64,000 nt of DNA from Lama glama (taxonomy: Eukaryota). The stretch is taken from the NCBI GenBank assembly GCA_028534125.1, contig CM052818.1:45324001-45388000 (forward strand), given 5' to 3'. Position numbers and translations under genes: made by a program. This document shows positions 39,588 through 53,661 of this stretch, piece after piece; the first letter of the stretch is position 1, and the number at the start of each line of letters is the position of its first letter. The notes below the pieces were generated by a model that was not told the origin of the DNA, ran no database searches, and saw only the letters and a list, made by a program, of their open reading frames with translations.

Positions 39588-39960
39588 TGTCAGGGTCCAG
39601 ACAAGAGTCAGACCACACTAGTTCTATTAATAGAGGAATTTAATGTAAAGAGTTGTTGCCAGGTATTAGAGACTGAAAGGGCGGAGACACTGAGGTATTG
39701 ATAAGAGAGGCAGCGGCCGGGGCAGCCGGAAGGAGGCAGCCTGCTGAGCAGAGTCTAGACTCTGAGGAGGACGAACAGCTGGCAGTGGGGTCCTCCAGGT
39801 GGAAGGAGGCTGTTCCTGGGCAAGTGGGAAACCTCAGACTGGGCTCCCCCTCTGCTGGGGCCACCTGTTGTCACCGAGGCAGAGAACTGTTGACGTGGGA
39901 CATCAGCCCAGCAGCACGCCGACAGGAAAGGGCAGACCCATCTCCTTCTCCCGCTTCCAG
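39588..39960. mobile_element. Old MaLR/MLT-like LTR fragment
   Basis: Starts tgtcagggtccag...accacac...gaatttaatgtaaag, resembling MLT1 ends. Confidence 0.45.
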
Positions 39961-40230
39961 TCTTGATTAAGATTAACTACCAAGAAATACAGTCATTTCT
40001 AACTGAGCATTGGTTAAAACACATACACACACACTCATGCTTTCAGTACAAGAGACTAGTGAGAGGTTTTTCCTTTTTCCAGATTATTTGTTAAGTTTTT
40101 AAAAGTGGTGAATGTGTATGTGTTGGCCAGGGTAGACTGGGACTTGGAGGACTTTTGTTCCTGCTCTTCACTTTAACCTTTAAAGTTGAATTACAGGTGT
40201 TTCAGTACAGCTTTTTTTTTTCTCTACTAG

Positions 40231-40320
40231 AAATTGCCAAAAGTGAACAAAGAGCTGGCACTTAAATTAATTGAGGAAGAGGAGGAGAAGCAAAAATCTA
40301 CATGGAAAAAGAAAATTAAG
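40231..40320 (+). CDS. NOL10: NOL10 exon (90 nt), KLPKVNKELALKLIEEEEEKQKSTWKKKIK
   Basis: Polypyrimidine tract + tag| acceptor, |gtaaga donor. Confidence 0.96.
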
Positions 40321-43300
40321 GTAAGATTTTATAAGCCAGAGAAAATGTTGATCGTTTCTTCATATTTTTTGGATAATAACTTGTATCTTTTTTCTTTTCA
40401 GTTTAAAATGCATTTAGTTTTCTTTCTTTCTTTCTTTCTCTTTTTTTTTCTTGCTTGTAAGATAGTATATGCTCAGTATGGGAAGTTTGTAAAATAAAAA
40501 AGAATATAGTCACTCATACAATTCTGCCAGGGAAAGGCATCATTAATATGTTAGTGAATTTCCTTCCTGTCTTTTTCTGGTTTGTTTTTATTCATTTATT
40601 TTTATTAAAGTATAGTTGATTTACAATGTTGTGTTATTTTCTGGTGTACAGCAGAGTGATTCAGATATATATGTGTATGTGTAATTTTTTTCTTTCTCAG
40701 ATTCCTTCCCATCCTTCCTGCCTTATTTCTCTTAAAATTATAAACTCTGATAGCAGGATACTATTGTATCATATTGTATATGTAAAGTATTTATCCTAGT
40801 TCTATAAAATAACACAAGTGGCTTCCCATTTTATTAAAAATTCTTATAAATATTTTTGAGAGCTTCATATTCTGTCTTGTGGATGTATTTTAAATTGTTT
40901 TTTTTCTGTTAAATATTTAGATTGCTTATTACTTATTGTCAAAGTAGTTTGTTTATAACTTTGGAAGTGACTAGTTTTCGTTTAGACCTGGGACGATCGG
41001 GAATGTGCACTCTTACAAATAACCACTGTCTGCCCTCCTTTACTGCTGTGAAATAGACCAGGATTGGTCATAACCTCCATAAAGGTGACGCTGATGTTGT
41101 CAAGACAGGAGGATATTTTTCTAATTTTCCCAAATACGTGAGGGCTTCCTCATTCCTCCCCAGTGCTGCTTGGATCAGGCAGACAGATGGCCAGGCTGGG
41201 CTCCTCTCTGGATTGAGCTGCAGAGATCAGCTCTCTCCTGAGAGCCTGCCGGACCTGCCCGGGTACATGGCCCAACCTGGTACCTGGGCCAGCGGTGTGG
41301 CGCTCCCGGGAGGCTTTGTGTGCTTGCTTAGGCTTTCTCTGTTCTCTCTCTAGTTTTTACCCAGGTAAGTGAATGGGAGATAAGTGAGCTCTTCGTGTGT
41401 TTATTTTTGTACCAGTCTCCCCTACCACGGCAGGGGACTGCAGCTGAAGGGTCTTGTGTCTGGCCCCCTTACTAACTCGTTATGTCATCGTGGGCAACCC
41501 TCAGCTTCACTGGGTCATAGCGTTTTCGTCTGTTAAGATGCCAGGATAGGAGCAGGGAGAGGCATTCTTGGTGCTGAGCTTTCTCAGTGGGTTCACACTT
41601 CCTGCTCCCTGTGTCATCCTCTGCTTCCTCAGCCTTTTGCAATCTTCTTATCATGCTCTGTTATGTCTTCTTAATGTATTGTTTAACTCTTGTAGAAGCC
41701 TTCCTTATGTAAATACACGAATAAATATATAGATGGCTTTTATGTTTCCATTTTCATTACATGAATAGTATGACAGTATTGAGACAATTACTTAAGCCTG
41801 TTATATAAATTTACATATCTATGTGCTATGGCTGTGCACCTTCTAATTTACATCAATGTGTTTATGTATATACTAAATGTATATATATATTTTTTTCCTT
41901 AAAATGTTTAAAATGTAAGTGCTTCCAGGTACCGTGAGTTTCTCCTCAGAGTATTCACATTAATTTTCTCGTTAGCCTAGCCTGAGGAGGATTAGGGAGG
42001 TAACCTTTCAGCTTCGTAATGTCATTCTGCAAGTGTAATGAAAGTGATCTTTGGATCATGCCTTCCAGCTTCAGGAGGAAGAGAGAGGAGCTGATTTAGG
42101 CTGCAAATGTACTCAGGCCTGTCTGTGTTTTATGCTTATGAGTCTTTATTACATTTAATATTACAGAGAGTAGGACACTTAAATTAAAATTTAATTTTGA
42201 TTGTGTGTGCTGCATGGTATACACACTTCAGGAGCCTTTTTAAAAGATCTTACATGATTATGAAGATGTGGGGAAAGCCCCCTTTCCTCACCATCCCCCC
42301 TTTGTTTCACAGACTTCTGTTGAGGTTAAGGGTGGCCAGAAATGTAGACCACTGGCTGTCCGTGCTGCACGGTGGTGCAGGATGGTGAAAACAACCACGA
42401 GAGCTGAAACCGTGCTCAGTGATCTGCAGAGTCAAAGGGAAAATCATGGTTGTCTATGCCTTTTAAACAGTTTTGGTCAGAACATTAATAGGGTCATCCG
42501 GTAAGGAACCGTCAGACGTGCACTGCTTCTGCTGCAAGTGCAAGAAGGAGGAGCCCTAGAAACCCTCATCTCCCCCTGTCCAGCAGTCGTTTCCCCTCAG
42601 CTGTTGGAAGCTGGAAGCATGGTGTTTGTGGCTGTGTAAACTATAGAATCCTGCTAGAAAGTCATGTTTATAAAACGTGCTCCTGGTTTGCTTTTTAGAG
42701 GCTTGATGACCCAAATCAGACCCCTTTATCAGAGCTCAGTTTCTTTCCAGAAATACTTAAATATAGTCATCAAAAAATCTGATGCTGTTACTAGACAGTT
42801 TGTATGATTTGTTGTTTAACAGTTTTATCTAATTAAAATGACCTTAAAAACCATTCATGAATTAAGGAAAGAATCCTTCATTATAATTGTAAAGAATACT
42901 TGAAAGAATTGTTAAATCCATCAGCAGTTCATTAGTCTTGCCTTTGAACTCAGCTCTTCAAACCCTCGAGAGCTTTAATAGCTCTGATAACTCCTGATTT
43001 GAAAGTCTCTATGGTGCAGTTATGATCTACTTTGGCTCCAAATGAAATTTCATGGAGGCAGACAGTGAAATATGTTCCCAGATATTGCTACCACTGACAA
43101 CAGAATTAGATTCTAATAAGATGTTTACCATTGAATTGATGATGTTGGACCTACAGTGGCAAATGACTCACTGTGTAATGTCAAGAAGCAGTATCTGGAC
43201 CATATCCAAACTTAGACATTTGGTGATAATAATTCTAATTGATTCACTTACTCTCTCAGCAAATACGTATTGAGCTCTCAGGGTGCAGAAGCAGAGGCAT

Positions 43301-45849
43301 GCAAATGGTGACCCATTTGACTTGTAAGGGTCCGAGTAGTGGTTTGAACCACTTCTTTTTACAAGTGCCATTTCTTGCCTGTTGGCCTTTTCTACCAAAT
43401 TTTCACTGTTGCTTTGAAGTCTTTTATGAACGGACTTTCCTGGGATTCTGCAGCAGCTGAGCCAGGCATTGTCATGTCCCATCTGCAGGCCGAGTGGGTT
43501 CTGTGGCCTGGGGACCCTGGATAGATGTCTTAACAGCCTCAGGGATTATTCTGTACCATGAGCAGTTTGTATAGAAGTCATTATTCATCTCGCTAGGGAA
43601 ACGTGTAATCATGCACAGATGCTGGGTCAGATTAGATCGGTTTTAACATCCAAAATATTATTTTTAAGGCCTTTTAGTACCAATTAAAGATAATGTTTTT
43701 GTTTGTCAGCTATCCCTCTGTCCTTCTCTGTAACCTCCTCTCCTCCATCTCCTATTTTCACATCTCCTGACACTTTTGCCTTTCCAGCTGATTATTTTGG
43801 TGTAGAACTCTTGTCTCTTACTATTGCCCATAATGGTGCTTTTTGACTTTTTAAATGTTAGGCACTGCTTTTCGATAACCTTCCCTTCTAGTAAAATTAT
43901 CTTGTGATTTTGGGTAAGGCAGTATTCAGCATTTATTTGGTTACAAGTATGCAAATACTCCTCACCACCTGAGTTGGAGTCATATTTCCTGCGCAGCCTT
44001 AGTCTTCCTGCACTGAGTAGTTGACTTTTTGTTAGCTTTCTGTGTAATTATCACTAGTTAACTCTCAATTCTTTACCAGTTGTCTAAATCTCATCTCAGG
44101 ATAGTTATATGAAGATCAGTTGTCAGATTAATTTTACTTTCTTCAAGAAGTCTCTTTGACATCTTCCTGCCAGCTCCATTCCAGAACCGTCATCTTCAAA
44201 TCCTGGTTCTCAGCCAGCATCCTGGCAATTCACTCCACCTCACGCCCATGTGAGACACAGATTATAAAGGACTTTCAGTTTTCTGAAGGAATATTGTTTC
44301 CAGCCCAGACAAGCATTCATTGTAGGGTATAGTGAAGAGATTTGCAAGCACGCACGTTCTCAGCAGCCGCAGCAACACATTACCCCGACATGCTACTTTT
44401 CCTCAGGAAGTTCCTTAGGATTTTCTCCTCCAGGATACACGAGTCAGGCCAGAAGGAGGAAGAGTCTGAGGAAGTCCCCGGCGCTGGCTCTGTGCCATGC
44501 TGGGGGCCGTCTTCCATCCAGAGACCCGGCCCGCAGTGCTGGCCTCCCGGCAGGCCCTTTCGCTCCAGGGACTTCGGTTCTTCAGTGCTGGGACATTTTC
44601 TTGGGGGAAAAAAAATGTTTTAAGTAGTTTTTCGCTGCTATGATCCATAGTCATAATCTTGAGTGGAAGCTCTGAGGTGGAGACAGGGCTCATCAGTCCC
44701 TGTGTGCCGACCTGGCCGAGCTGTTTACCTGGGGAGGTGCCAAATGGCAGGATCTCTTCAGTTTTTCTCTTGCCTGGCCAGATCCTCCTGCTTCGAGAGT
44801 GACGGCTTGGCTGCCAGGGTTCTGAGGGCTGAGAACTATCATCAGGAGGGCTTAGGGTGTGGGGTGAGGTGGCATCTCAGCCCCTCGTGTCTGGATGCTT
44901 CCCTTCTTGCCTTGCGGCCCCCACTGGCCACCTCCTCCCCTCCAGAGAAGCCTGCGGTTCAAGTGGGTGGGTCCGTTTCATATCCTTCTCATCCTTAAGG
45001 GTTTGTGTTGTCTTTTTTTAAGTCCCCTTTCTATTGTTTTCATGGGGTTTTAGTGGAGATTAGAAGGAGATGCTTGTGTTCAGACCATCATCTTTACTCA
45101 GAAGTCTGCATTGCCTTAATTTCATAGGTATCATAATATACTTCTTTGAAGCAGGGCTGTGGTATGAGCAATACTTTTAAGATGTTTTCCAAATTTTAAT
45201 GGCAAGTGTTTAGCATCTGTACATGTGTATGTACAGGGCAGGTGACGAACCAGACACTTGTAAACTGCTGTAGAACATTGCTACTTACATCTCATCCTGC
45301 TTTTTTTTTTTTAAAGACAGCTGTGAAAACAAACAGACTAGGAAAAATCTCTGGGGGAAATATTTTTACAGCTAGGTTAGAAGTTTTTATTTTATATTTG
45401 TTCATCCAAGGCATACTTGTCTTTAGGCAGTGCAATTTATTTGTTTTAAATTAAGGGGGGAAAAAATACTAGCAACATATTCTTTCTTAACATGTTTCTC
45501 TGTTGTTTATTAAATATGGTTATTTAATAAGTACAGTAAGATGAAAAAGAAAAGATTTCCCTTGGGTTTTGTATATGTATTTCTTTTAACCTAGATTCTA
45601 ATAGCTGTTCATTTGAAAATATTTGGGTCTTCAGCAATATCACCTATCCTGTACTTACAGATAACTCCAGAATTTATCCATTGTAGCCCCTGCCTTCTCT
45701 CCTGAGACCCGGTGTCTCGTTGCAGGCACCTAATGGTGTCCGTCAGAATCCTGATGTCAGTCTCCTTGTGCCATAGACCTAACCAGTCTTAAACGGAACA
45801 TAACTTCTTTTTTTTTCCTGTTAACTTTTCTCAATCACTGGATTTTTTT

Positions 45850-46035
45850 TAAGACTTAAATTTTTTAGAATAGTTTTAGGTTCATAGCAAAATTGAGGGG
45901 AAGGTAAGAGATTTCCCATATACCCTCTGTCCCCACACCTGCGTAATCTCCCCCCACTACTGAATATTCCCCTAGCAGAGGGGACATTTGTTACAATCGG
46001 TAAACCTACATTAGCACATCCTAATCACCCAAAAT
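45850..46035 (-). mobile_element. Old L1 3' end
   Basis: 'tttagaatagttttaggttcatagcaaaattgaggggaagg'. Confidence 0.65.
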
Positions 46036-46621
46036 TAAATGGCCTAGAGAGAAAAAAAATGGATGAGGCTATCCAATAAGGGAAGGAAATATCCCTTATG
46101 TTTCCAAATAACTCAATTGGAGGCAGTAAACTTACACCACCAGCTCCCCACCGTGTTAATTCTTGACTTACTATCAATGTGTAGTTCCTCTCCCAGTTTT
46201 CGAATATGCAGTCAAAAGATTCAGTAATTTTCGTTCAGTACAATAGCTATGTTTAAAAAGCCATGTTTCAAACACATAACTTTCCTTGAAAAATGTTTTG
46301 CATCAAAAAATTTTAATTGAAGAAAATTCTTTCTACTCTATTAGGCTTAAAGTTAGCCCAAAAGACTCATTCTTAGTTCATTACGTGTAATGGCCAAGTA
46401 ATACGTATTTTCCGTGAAATAGATTAATAGAATTTGTTTGTGGGTAAGAGATAAGGAATTAGAAAGCTCTGGAAACTGGTTCTAAAAAATTTTGTAATAA
46501 TTTATGTAAATTATGCCTTATGCAGCTTCTTAACTTATTATTGAATGAACTGTTTTTAAGCCATCTTTCTGGTCAGATTTTATTGATATTAACTTTAAAT
46601 TTTGCATTCTTTGTCTTACAG

Positions 46622-46795
46622 AGCCTTCCTAATATTCTCTCTGATGATCGATTTAAAGTTATGTTCGAGAACCCTGACTTCCAAGTAGATGAAGAGAGTG
46701 AAGAATTTAGGCTTTTGAATCCACTTGTTTCCAAAATTAGTGAAAAAAGGAAGAAGAAGCTAAGACTCTTAGAGCAACAGGAACTTCGTGAAAAA
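46622..46795 (+). CDS. NOL10: NOL10 exon (174 nt) including the NUC153-like motif DDRFKVMFENPDFQVD
   Basis: ttacag| acceptor, |gtaatg donor; lies in ORF 46520..46858. Confidence 0.97.
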
Positions 46796-47054
46796 GTAAT
46801 GTTCTCTATATCATTTAGAATGTGCTCCTGTTTGTTTAAAGTTTTCTGTCTAAGTTAGAAGAGTCTTTGAGTTAACTTGAACTGGAATTTGTTTGACCTT
46901 TAGCTTAGGAATGTATCTTATTTAATTAAAGACATTTTTTTCCTGATGCATGCAATGTCACATGCTCTAATGGGCTAATGCTATTTAAAAGAAAATAATG
47001 GATCAGTGTTTTTGGTTGGGGAAAGGAGCTGCTTCTTACTATTTTTATTTTCAG

Positions 47055-47302
47055 GAAGAGGAGGAAGAACCGGAAGGAAAACCAAGTGATGCAGAAAGTT
47101 CTGAGAGTTCAGATGATGAAAAGGACTGGGTTGAAGAGGTCAGGAAACAGCGCCGACTTCTCCAACAGGAGGAAAAAGTGAAGCGTCAGGAACGACTCAA
47201 GGAGGACCAGCAGACGGTCCTCAAGCCCCAGTTTTATGAGATCAAAGCAGGCGAAGAATTCAGAAGCTTCAAAGATTCTGCCACAAAGCAGAAGCTAATG
47301 AA
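47055..47302 (+). CDS. NOL10: NOL10 exon (248 nt), acidic/coiled-coil region EEEEEPEGKPSDAESS...KQKLM
   Basis: tttcag| acceptor, |gtaagt donor; phase 2 out. Confidence 0.97.
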
Positions 47303-47759
47303 GTAAGTAATGCTGCCCTCAGTGGTGGCTCCAGGTGGTGGCCCAGCTTTCCTTTTCCTCGCCCGGCACCTTGCCCTCAGGGTGGCATTTGGATCTTGGG
47401 AGTAAATGTGAGGGAAGGACCACAAGGCCTGAGGGGAAATACGCTGGTCTCTATTGTGATTATTTTTAACAGCGTTTTGAGGTGTGGTTACATACATAAG
47501 ATAACGGGGTCTGGCCCCCTGAGTATTGGTAAATACACACATTAGAGCATTTTTATCCTGCAGAAGCCACACTCTTAAATTATAGTCGTAATTAAGAGAT
47601 AATCACTTCTTTAACAAAAAGTTGTTTTTAAAAATTAGAATTTCAGTTACGTTTACGCTCATCTTAGTTTACACGATTATTAAAAAGATCACTTGGAAAT
47701 TTTGCTAGAAATTCTAAGCCTTTTGTAGATACATTGAGAGATCAGAAAAAGTGGTATTC

Positions 47760-47990
47760 TGAAATAGTCAGATACAGACAGGCAGAAAGTAGAATGGTGG
47801 TTGCCAGGGGTTGGAGGGGTGAGCCATCACTTAAGGAGGTACGAGTGTCAATTTGGAATGATGAGAACATTCTAGAAATGGGTGGTGGTAATGGCTGCAC
47901 AACAGTGAGTGTCCGCTGAACTAGTCACTTAAAAATGGTTAAAATGATGTTTTATGTTATACATACTTTACCACAATAAAAAAAAATCAA
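47760..47990 (+). mobile_element. L1M 3' end with poly(A)
   Basis: 'aaagtagaatggtggttgccagggg...cacttaaaaatggttaaaatg...accacaataaaaaaaaa'. Confidence 0.75.
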
Positions 47991-48549
47991 CTTTAAAAAC
48001 AATATTATTTGGACAGTTATAGCTGTCAGGTGTCTAAGTTAGGAACAAGCTAGGTACTCAGGTCCAAAATGTGTGTAAGCTCTAAGTCGTGTAAGTCTCC
48101 GCTTTGAGAGTTTCTAGGCTGAGTATTGATACGGAAGATCTGAATGGGAATAGAGTAGATGATCTTGAAAGAAGAGCCTGGAGGCCTAGGGAGCCCAGGA
48201 AGATGGAGGAGGAAGAGGCGGGCAGGCAGATGAGGTGTTAGGTCAGCCGGTGCTAGTTCTGTACCTATGCTTTTTGAGCTCCCAGCTCCCCATTTAGAAA
48301 AATGTGGTTTTTCAGACAGAGGAAATGTCCGAGGGGGGGCACTTCGATGGATGGGCTGAATTGTTTCTGGAAAGAGATATGCTTATTCATCTTTATTTTG
48401 CCAGTTTTAGCAAATCTGGGACACCAAATGTTGAGTGAATCCTTCACCTTAGATCTAGGATCATCTAGAAGTTCTGATTCTGACTCACAAAAGATGCAAA
48501 GAATCTAGTATCTTCTGAAGAAATTTTTTTTACCTACCAGCCTCACTCT

Positions 48550-49180
48550 TTTTTATAACACCTTTCTTGAAATATAATTTATGTAACATACAATTCACCT
48601 AGTTAAAGTGTGCAATTTATTGGTTTTTAGTATATTCACAGAGTTTTGTGCAACCATCACCACTATCAGTTTTAGAACATTTTCCTTATCCGCAAACAAA
48701 ATTCCTTACCCCATTAGCATTTACTCCCATTTACCCCCACCTCCCATCCCCAAGCAACCACTAATCCATTCTCTGTCTCTATACATTTGCCTGTTCTGAC
48801 ATTTCATGTAAATGGAATCATACAATAGGTAGCGTTTTGTCTGACTGCTTTTACTTAGCACAGCGTCTTTAGTGTTCATCTATGTTGTAGCATATGTCAG
48901 TACTTCATTCGTTTTTATTGCCAAGTAATATTTCAGGGCGTATTGTATTGTATATATTGTATTCATTCATTTATCAGTTTATGGATATTTGGGTTGTTTG
49001 CACTTTCTGGCTATCGTGAATAGTGTTGCTGTGGACATTTGTGTGTAAATGTTTGCATTGACATATGTTTTCCTGTCTCCTGGCTACACACGGTAACTTT
49101 ATGTCTGACTTTCTGAGAAACTGCCAAACTGTTTTCCAAGGAGGCTTCTGCATTTTACATTCCCAGCAGCAGTGTGTGCA
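48550..49180 (-). mobile_element. L1M 3' fragment
   Basis: 'aaatggaatcatacaata', 'gaaactgccaaactgttttcca'. Confidence 0.75.
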
Positions 49181-50049
49181 ACCTCACTTTTTATGTAGCT
49201 GTTGTTCTTAGATTTTTATTTGGAGTCCTACTCAGAAGCAGCAAAAAGACTGCTTGTTTCCAGTATTCTGATTCTGTGGAGTGCAGTTTTTTTTATTAGA
49301 TTATCTACAGGCTTTGTCTTGCGCTATTTACTTTATCCCTAGTTCCTGAATTAGTCCCTAGACCTGGGTAGACACTCGATAAATCCTTACTAAAGTGTGA
49401 ATCTTCTGTGCCTTGGCTACATGTCAGGCAAGTCTGGAAGTTACCATTTCACGATCTGCTGAAAAAGAACTTATTTACCCCCAACCCACTGACCAGGGAA
49501 ACCTGGGAGCAGCAGTTTTCAGTGTAACCATGGTAACAGAAAGTCATGATTTGGGGGTGAGAGGCATGAATTAACTCACGAACATTCTTGTTTTGCTGTG
49601 GGTTGTAGTAGGATATTAATGTAAAACACAAAAGGGTTGAAAATTTAGTATGTAATGAATAAATAATAGCTAAGTTAACACACTGCAATTACACATTCTT
49701 ACTAAGTTAAGCAATTTTTTTGAGAAGATGAGTTATCTGAGTGATGATACATGAACTTAGAAGAAAAATCCTACCGCTTAAAGTAATAACCCTTTGGTAT
49801 GAATAGCCTGCAGTTTGCTGGCATTCTGGCACAAACTGCTTATTGAATTCTAGTATTGATGGATTATTTTGGCAAATCCTGAACCTTGCAATATTTTAAT
49901 ATTATTTAATGAATATTGAACCATTATCCTTCAGACAGTTAAAGTGACTCCTTATGTTTTTTCTGCAAGTCACTACAAGGCAGTCAATAAAGCACATCAG
50001 AATCGGGTGTATTATGTTTAAAAGTACCCTTGAACTTGCCCAGCCTCAA

Positions 50050-50129
50050 AACTATTTTTCTATGAAGGGAAAAGTGAAGAATGAATCCTAACTATTTTTC
50101 TATGAAGGGAAAAGTGAAGAATGAATCCC
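50050..50129. repeat. 40-bp tandem duplication
   Basis: aactatttttctatgaagggaaaagtgaagaatgaatcc(t/c) twice, 39/40 identical. Confidence 0.95.
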
Positions 50130-53100
50130 AAAGTTCTCTTCTTTGCTTGGCATAGTAACATGGCTTTAGATAAATACACATGTCTGTCAGCACATTTTTA
50201 TATGCCTTACAGTGCTTGATTCGTGAGTTTATTCATCCACCTGTCAGCCTCTCCACCCACCCATTCATCAATCAAACATCCATTGAGTTCTTTGTGTGAA
50301 CAGAGTGCTGTTCTAGGCCCAGGGGATGGAAAGGAAAAGCCAGCTACTGTGCCGTGGCCTTGCCGCCCTGGTTGATGCTCTGTGAGCCGGTCAGAGGTGT
50401 GGGGACGTGTCTAAGAAAGACAGGAGTGGATTTTTAGACATCTAGGGAAGTCTTTGTAAGAGATCATATTCAGCCGGGTCTTTTGAAAGAAAAAAGACGA
50501 GCACTGAAAGCAGGGTGGGAGAGATGTTCTTCAAGGCAGAGGGAGCGGCATGGATGGAGGAGTGCTGTGTGAAAGTTGAGGGAAGAGCTCGAGAGCATGG
50601 AGGAGGTGGCCAGAGCAGAAGGTGAGCCCGAAAGGTGCATTGGTCCCAGAGCCAGGCCCTGGCTAGCCAGGGAAGGGTCGTGAGCTAAGATCAACATGAT
50701 CAAGTCTATTCTGTCTCCCCCCCAATTATGTAAATACTTACACAATAAAAGCAGTACTTGTTGGTTGTAGAAAGTAAAAATAAAAACATACAGATATAAA
50801 AAGCCCCTATTTTCCAGAAACTGTTATTAAAATACCTCAGTTTTAGAAGATGCAGGGAGAAACTGGGCACATGAGACCAGTTAACAAACTAGTTCCAGTG
50901 GAAAGTGATGAAAGCCTGAACTGCTGGGCGGAGAAGGGCAGACAGACTTAGAACCAAGTTATTCATAAGAAGGTCTAAGATGAGACACACTACAACATTG
51001 TCTGGTTACTCATTTAATATTAATGGAGAAATGAATGGTCAGAGGTGAGGTTGAAATGTCTAGCAATGTTGAGATAAAGAATACAGAATAAAAAACAAGT
51101 TTAAAGCTAAAAGTATTGAGCTGGGTGTTCAGCACATTAAGTCTACAGGACCAAATGTTTTCCTGGTAATGTTCAGTAGACAAATGGAAATGTAAGAGGT
51201 GGCCCGGATATACTGATTTAAGAAAGATACCAACGTCCTTGTGGGACTGAAACCACTGTGTTAAAAAGGCTTCCTATAAGTGTGCTGAGGGAGATGAGGG
51301 CTAAGAGTAGAGTCCTTGGTTAACAACAAATATTTTTGAGTGTGTGATGAAAACCATACACCTCTCTAAAAATGTGCAAATGCACGCAAAGTAACACATA
51401 TTGTAGAGGTGTCAAGAATATACCAATACCAGTAGCAATAGAATTCTGATGTCGGGCGCCGGTGAAGGAGAAGATGGGCAGTTAACATTATTAAGGAGTT
51501 GCCCAAAAGTTAGTAGGAAAACTGGAAAGAGCCAAGAGAATGTCAGAGAGAGAAGTGTGACACCATTGTCAGATGGAGCAGGGGGGCCCGCAGAATGGAA
51601 GCTGAGCAAGGCCGTAGGAAGATGGTCTTGTTGGGATTCATGTCTCAGTCCTTCAGCCCTATGTCTCACTGCAGTGGATTGATGAATGAGAGATGTAAAA
51701 ACATACTGTGAATAATTAGTCAAGATGGTTCTTTTGAGACATTAGGCAGTGAAAGGAATCAAAGCCATAACTTGGTAAGAAAGGCTTTTTAGGCTTGAGA
51801 GATATGACTTGTTAGTATATCTAGAGAGAAAGTAACCACAGAAGGAAAGGGGAGAGGGAAGAAATGAGAAATTGGACTGAATGGGCAGAACTGAACTGAG
51901 TGAGTGATCGGGAGTGAACAGGGTCAGGAGCACCCGTTAAAGAGCTCTTCAGAGACAAGGGAAAGAAGTCAGGATGGGTGGGAATAATTACAGTTATAGA
52001 TAGAAAGACTGGGAAGTTCACGCTTGCTGGCTTCAGTCAGGAATCTGGGCACATGAGCCTCTCCTGCTATGTGGGGCAGCAGTGGTCTGCAATGCATGAT
52101 GAAAGTGTTGGAGATAATCTGTTGGAAAACCCTGGAGAAAGAGACCTTGGAATAACTTTCTAAATCAGTAGCTGAGGAGATCCCCTCTTCTTGGGTAATA
52201 AATACTACCTGCTGGGTGGCCCTTTCAGTTCAGTTCATGAAAACATTCTTTGAAGTGCCTACCCTGTGGTAGGTCCTGGAAATTCAAAGATTTCTGAGCC
52301 ACTTTCTGCCTTTGAGGAACTCACAGCTTCTTCACCGGGTACTTTAGTAGCTCTTGGTGAGCCACTTACCATGTCTGCAACATTATCCACTCTGAATTAA
52401 ACAATGATGGCCAGTTTTTACTCTTCAGCTAATTTTCCTCACTGATACTGGATAAGAACTGAAGGAATGCAGCCTTGATTTAATACAAGCATTTTTAAAG
52501 TCTAATTTTTTGAAAGCAGTTTAATTCCAAACCCACACTTTAAAAGACAAGAATCTTTTATTACTCAAGTAATATACAAGCATATCATTGTAATATACAA
52601 GCATCTTATCATTATCATATGCAAGCATGTCATTGTTGTAATGCTCAAGAACACAGGATGAAGGGTGAGAGTCTCCCAGCCCACACTCCCCCCCCACCCC
52701 AAGGTAACCACTTTGGGTGTCCTTTTAGAATTCGGTCACCCTCGCGTATGCGCCCACTCACCTGTACAGTTGTAGCTCTCCTGTCTTTGGTGTGAACAGA
52801 TCATACTGATCATGTTGCTGATTCACTTGCTCTTTTCATTGAACAGTAAATTTTGAAAATTTTTCTTTGTAAGTGCATGGAGGTCCCCTTATGGCTGCAT
52901 AAATACTTCCTAAGATGGTTGAGCCATAATATCTAATTTTGGATGTTTCAGTTGTTTCTTGTTTTTCTCTTCCTTTTTTCACAGTTATAAATATGTACAC
53001 ATGTGCAAGAGTTTCTTTAGAATGTATTACCTAGTGATGAAATTTGCTGGATCAAAAGAAGCGTGTGAGCAATACGGCCAAGTCGCCCTCCAGAAAGGCC

Positions 53101-53564
53101 TTGGGGCCTTTGCACTCTTGCCAGGGTGCCTGTTTCCCCGCATTTGCAGCAGCAGTGGGTATTAGGAATCTTTTAAATTTTTAACTGTTCGGAAAGTTGA
53201 GACAGCAGATCTCATGGTTGCTTGTGCTTACATCTCCTGAGGCTTTGAAGCAACATTATGCAAACTGAAAGCACTGAAATAGTTTTCAGTAACTTTTGCA
53301 GTGTGTGTAAATATTTATCAAAGTTGTAGACTTAAAACAAAGTACTTAACATTTTTAAGTACTTAAAATTCACCATTTATCTGTGGATTCCATTTCTCCA
53401 TTCTCTTCTTACTCCCTTTGATGTAGGTGGTTCCTTTCTTTTAGGTTAATTTAATCCTTCTCAGTGCTGTACTAAAGCAGGTGCCCTGATGTATATTTTC
53501 CACTCCCCTACTTCCTTTTCCTCACCAAGTGATTTTTAAAACTCAGTTGAAGAGCATTACTTTT

Positions 53565-53661
53565 TAAAATTTTTTCTTTTTTTAATGGAGGTACTAGATA
53601 CTGAACCCAGGACCTCGAGCAAGCTAAGCATGTGCTCTACCACTGAGCTCTACCCACCTCC
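53565..53661 (-). mobile_element. Camelid tRNA-derived SINE (diverged short form)
   Basis: 'ggaggtactagatactgaacccaggacctc...ctctaccactgagct'; TSD-like ga(a/g)gagc(a/g)ttactttt. Confidence 0.75.

Noticed and set aside
52570..52645. Degenerate ~21-bp tandem repeat (atacaagcat...)
   Set aside because: Ordinary slippage product with no sign of function
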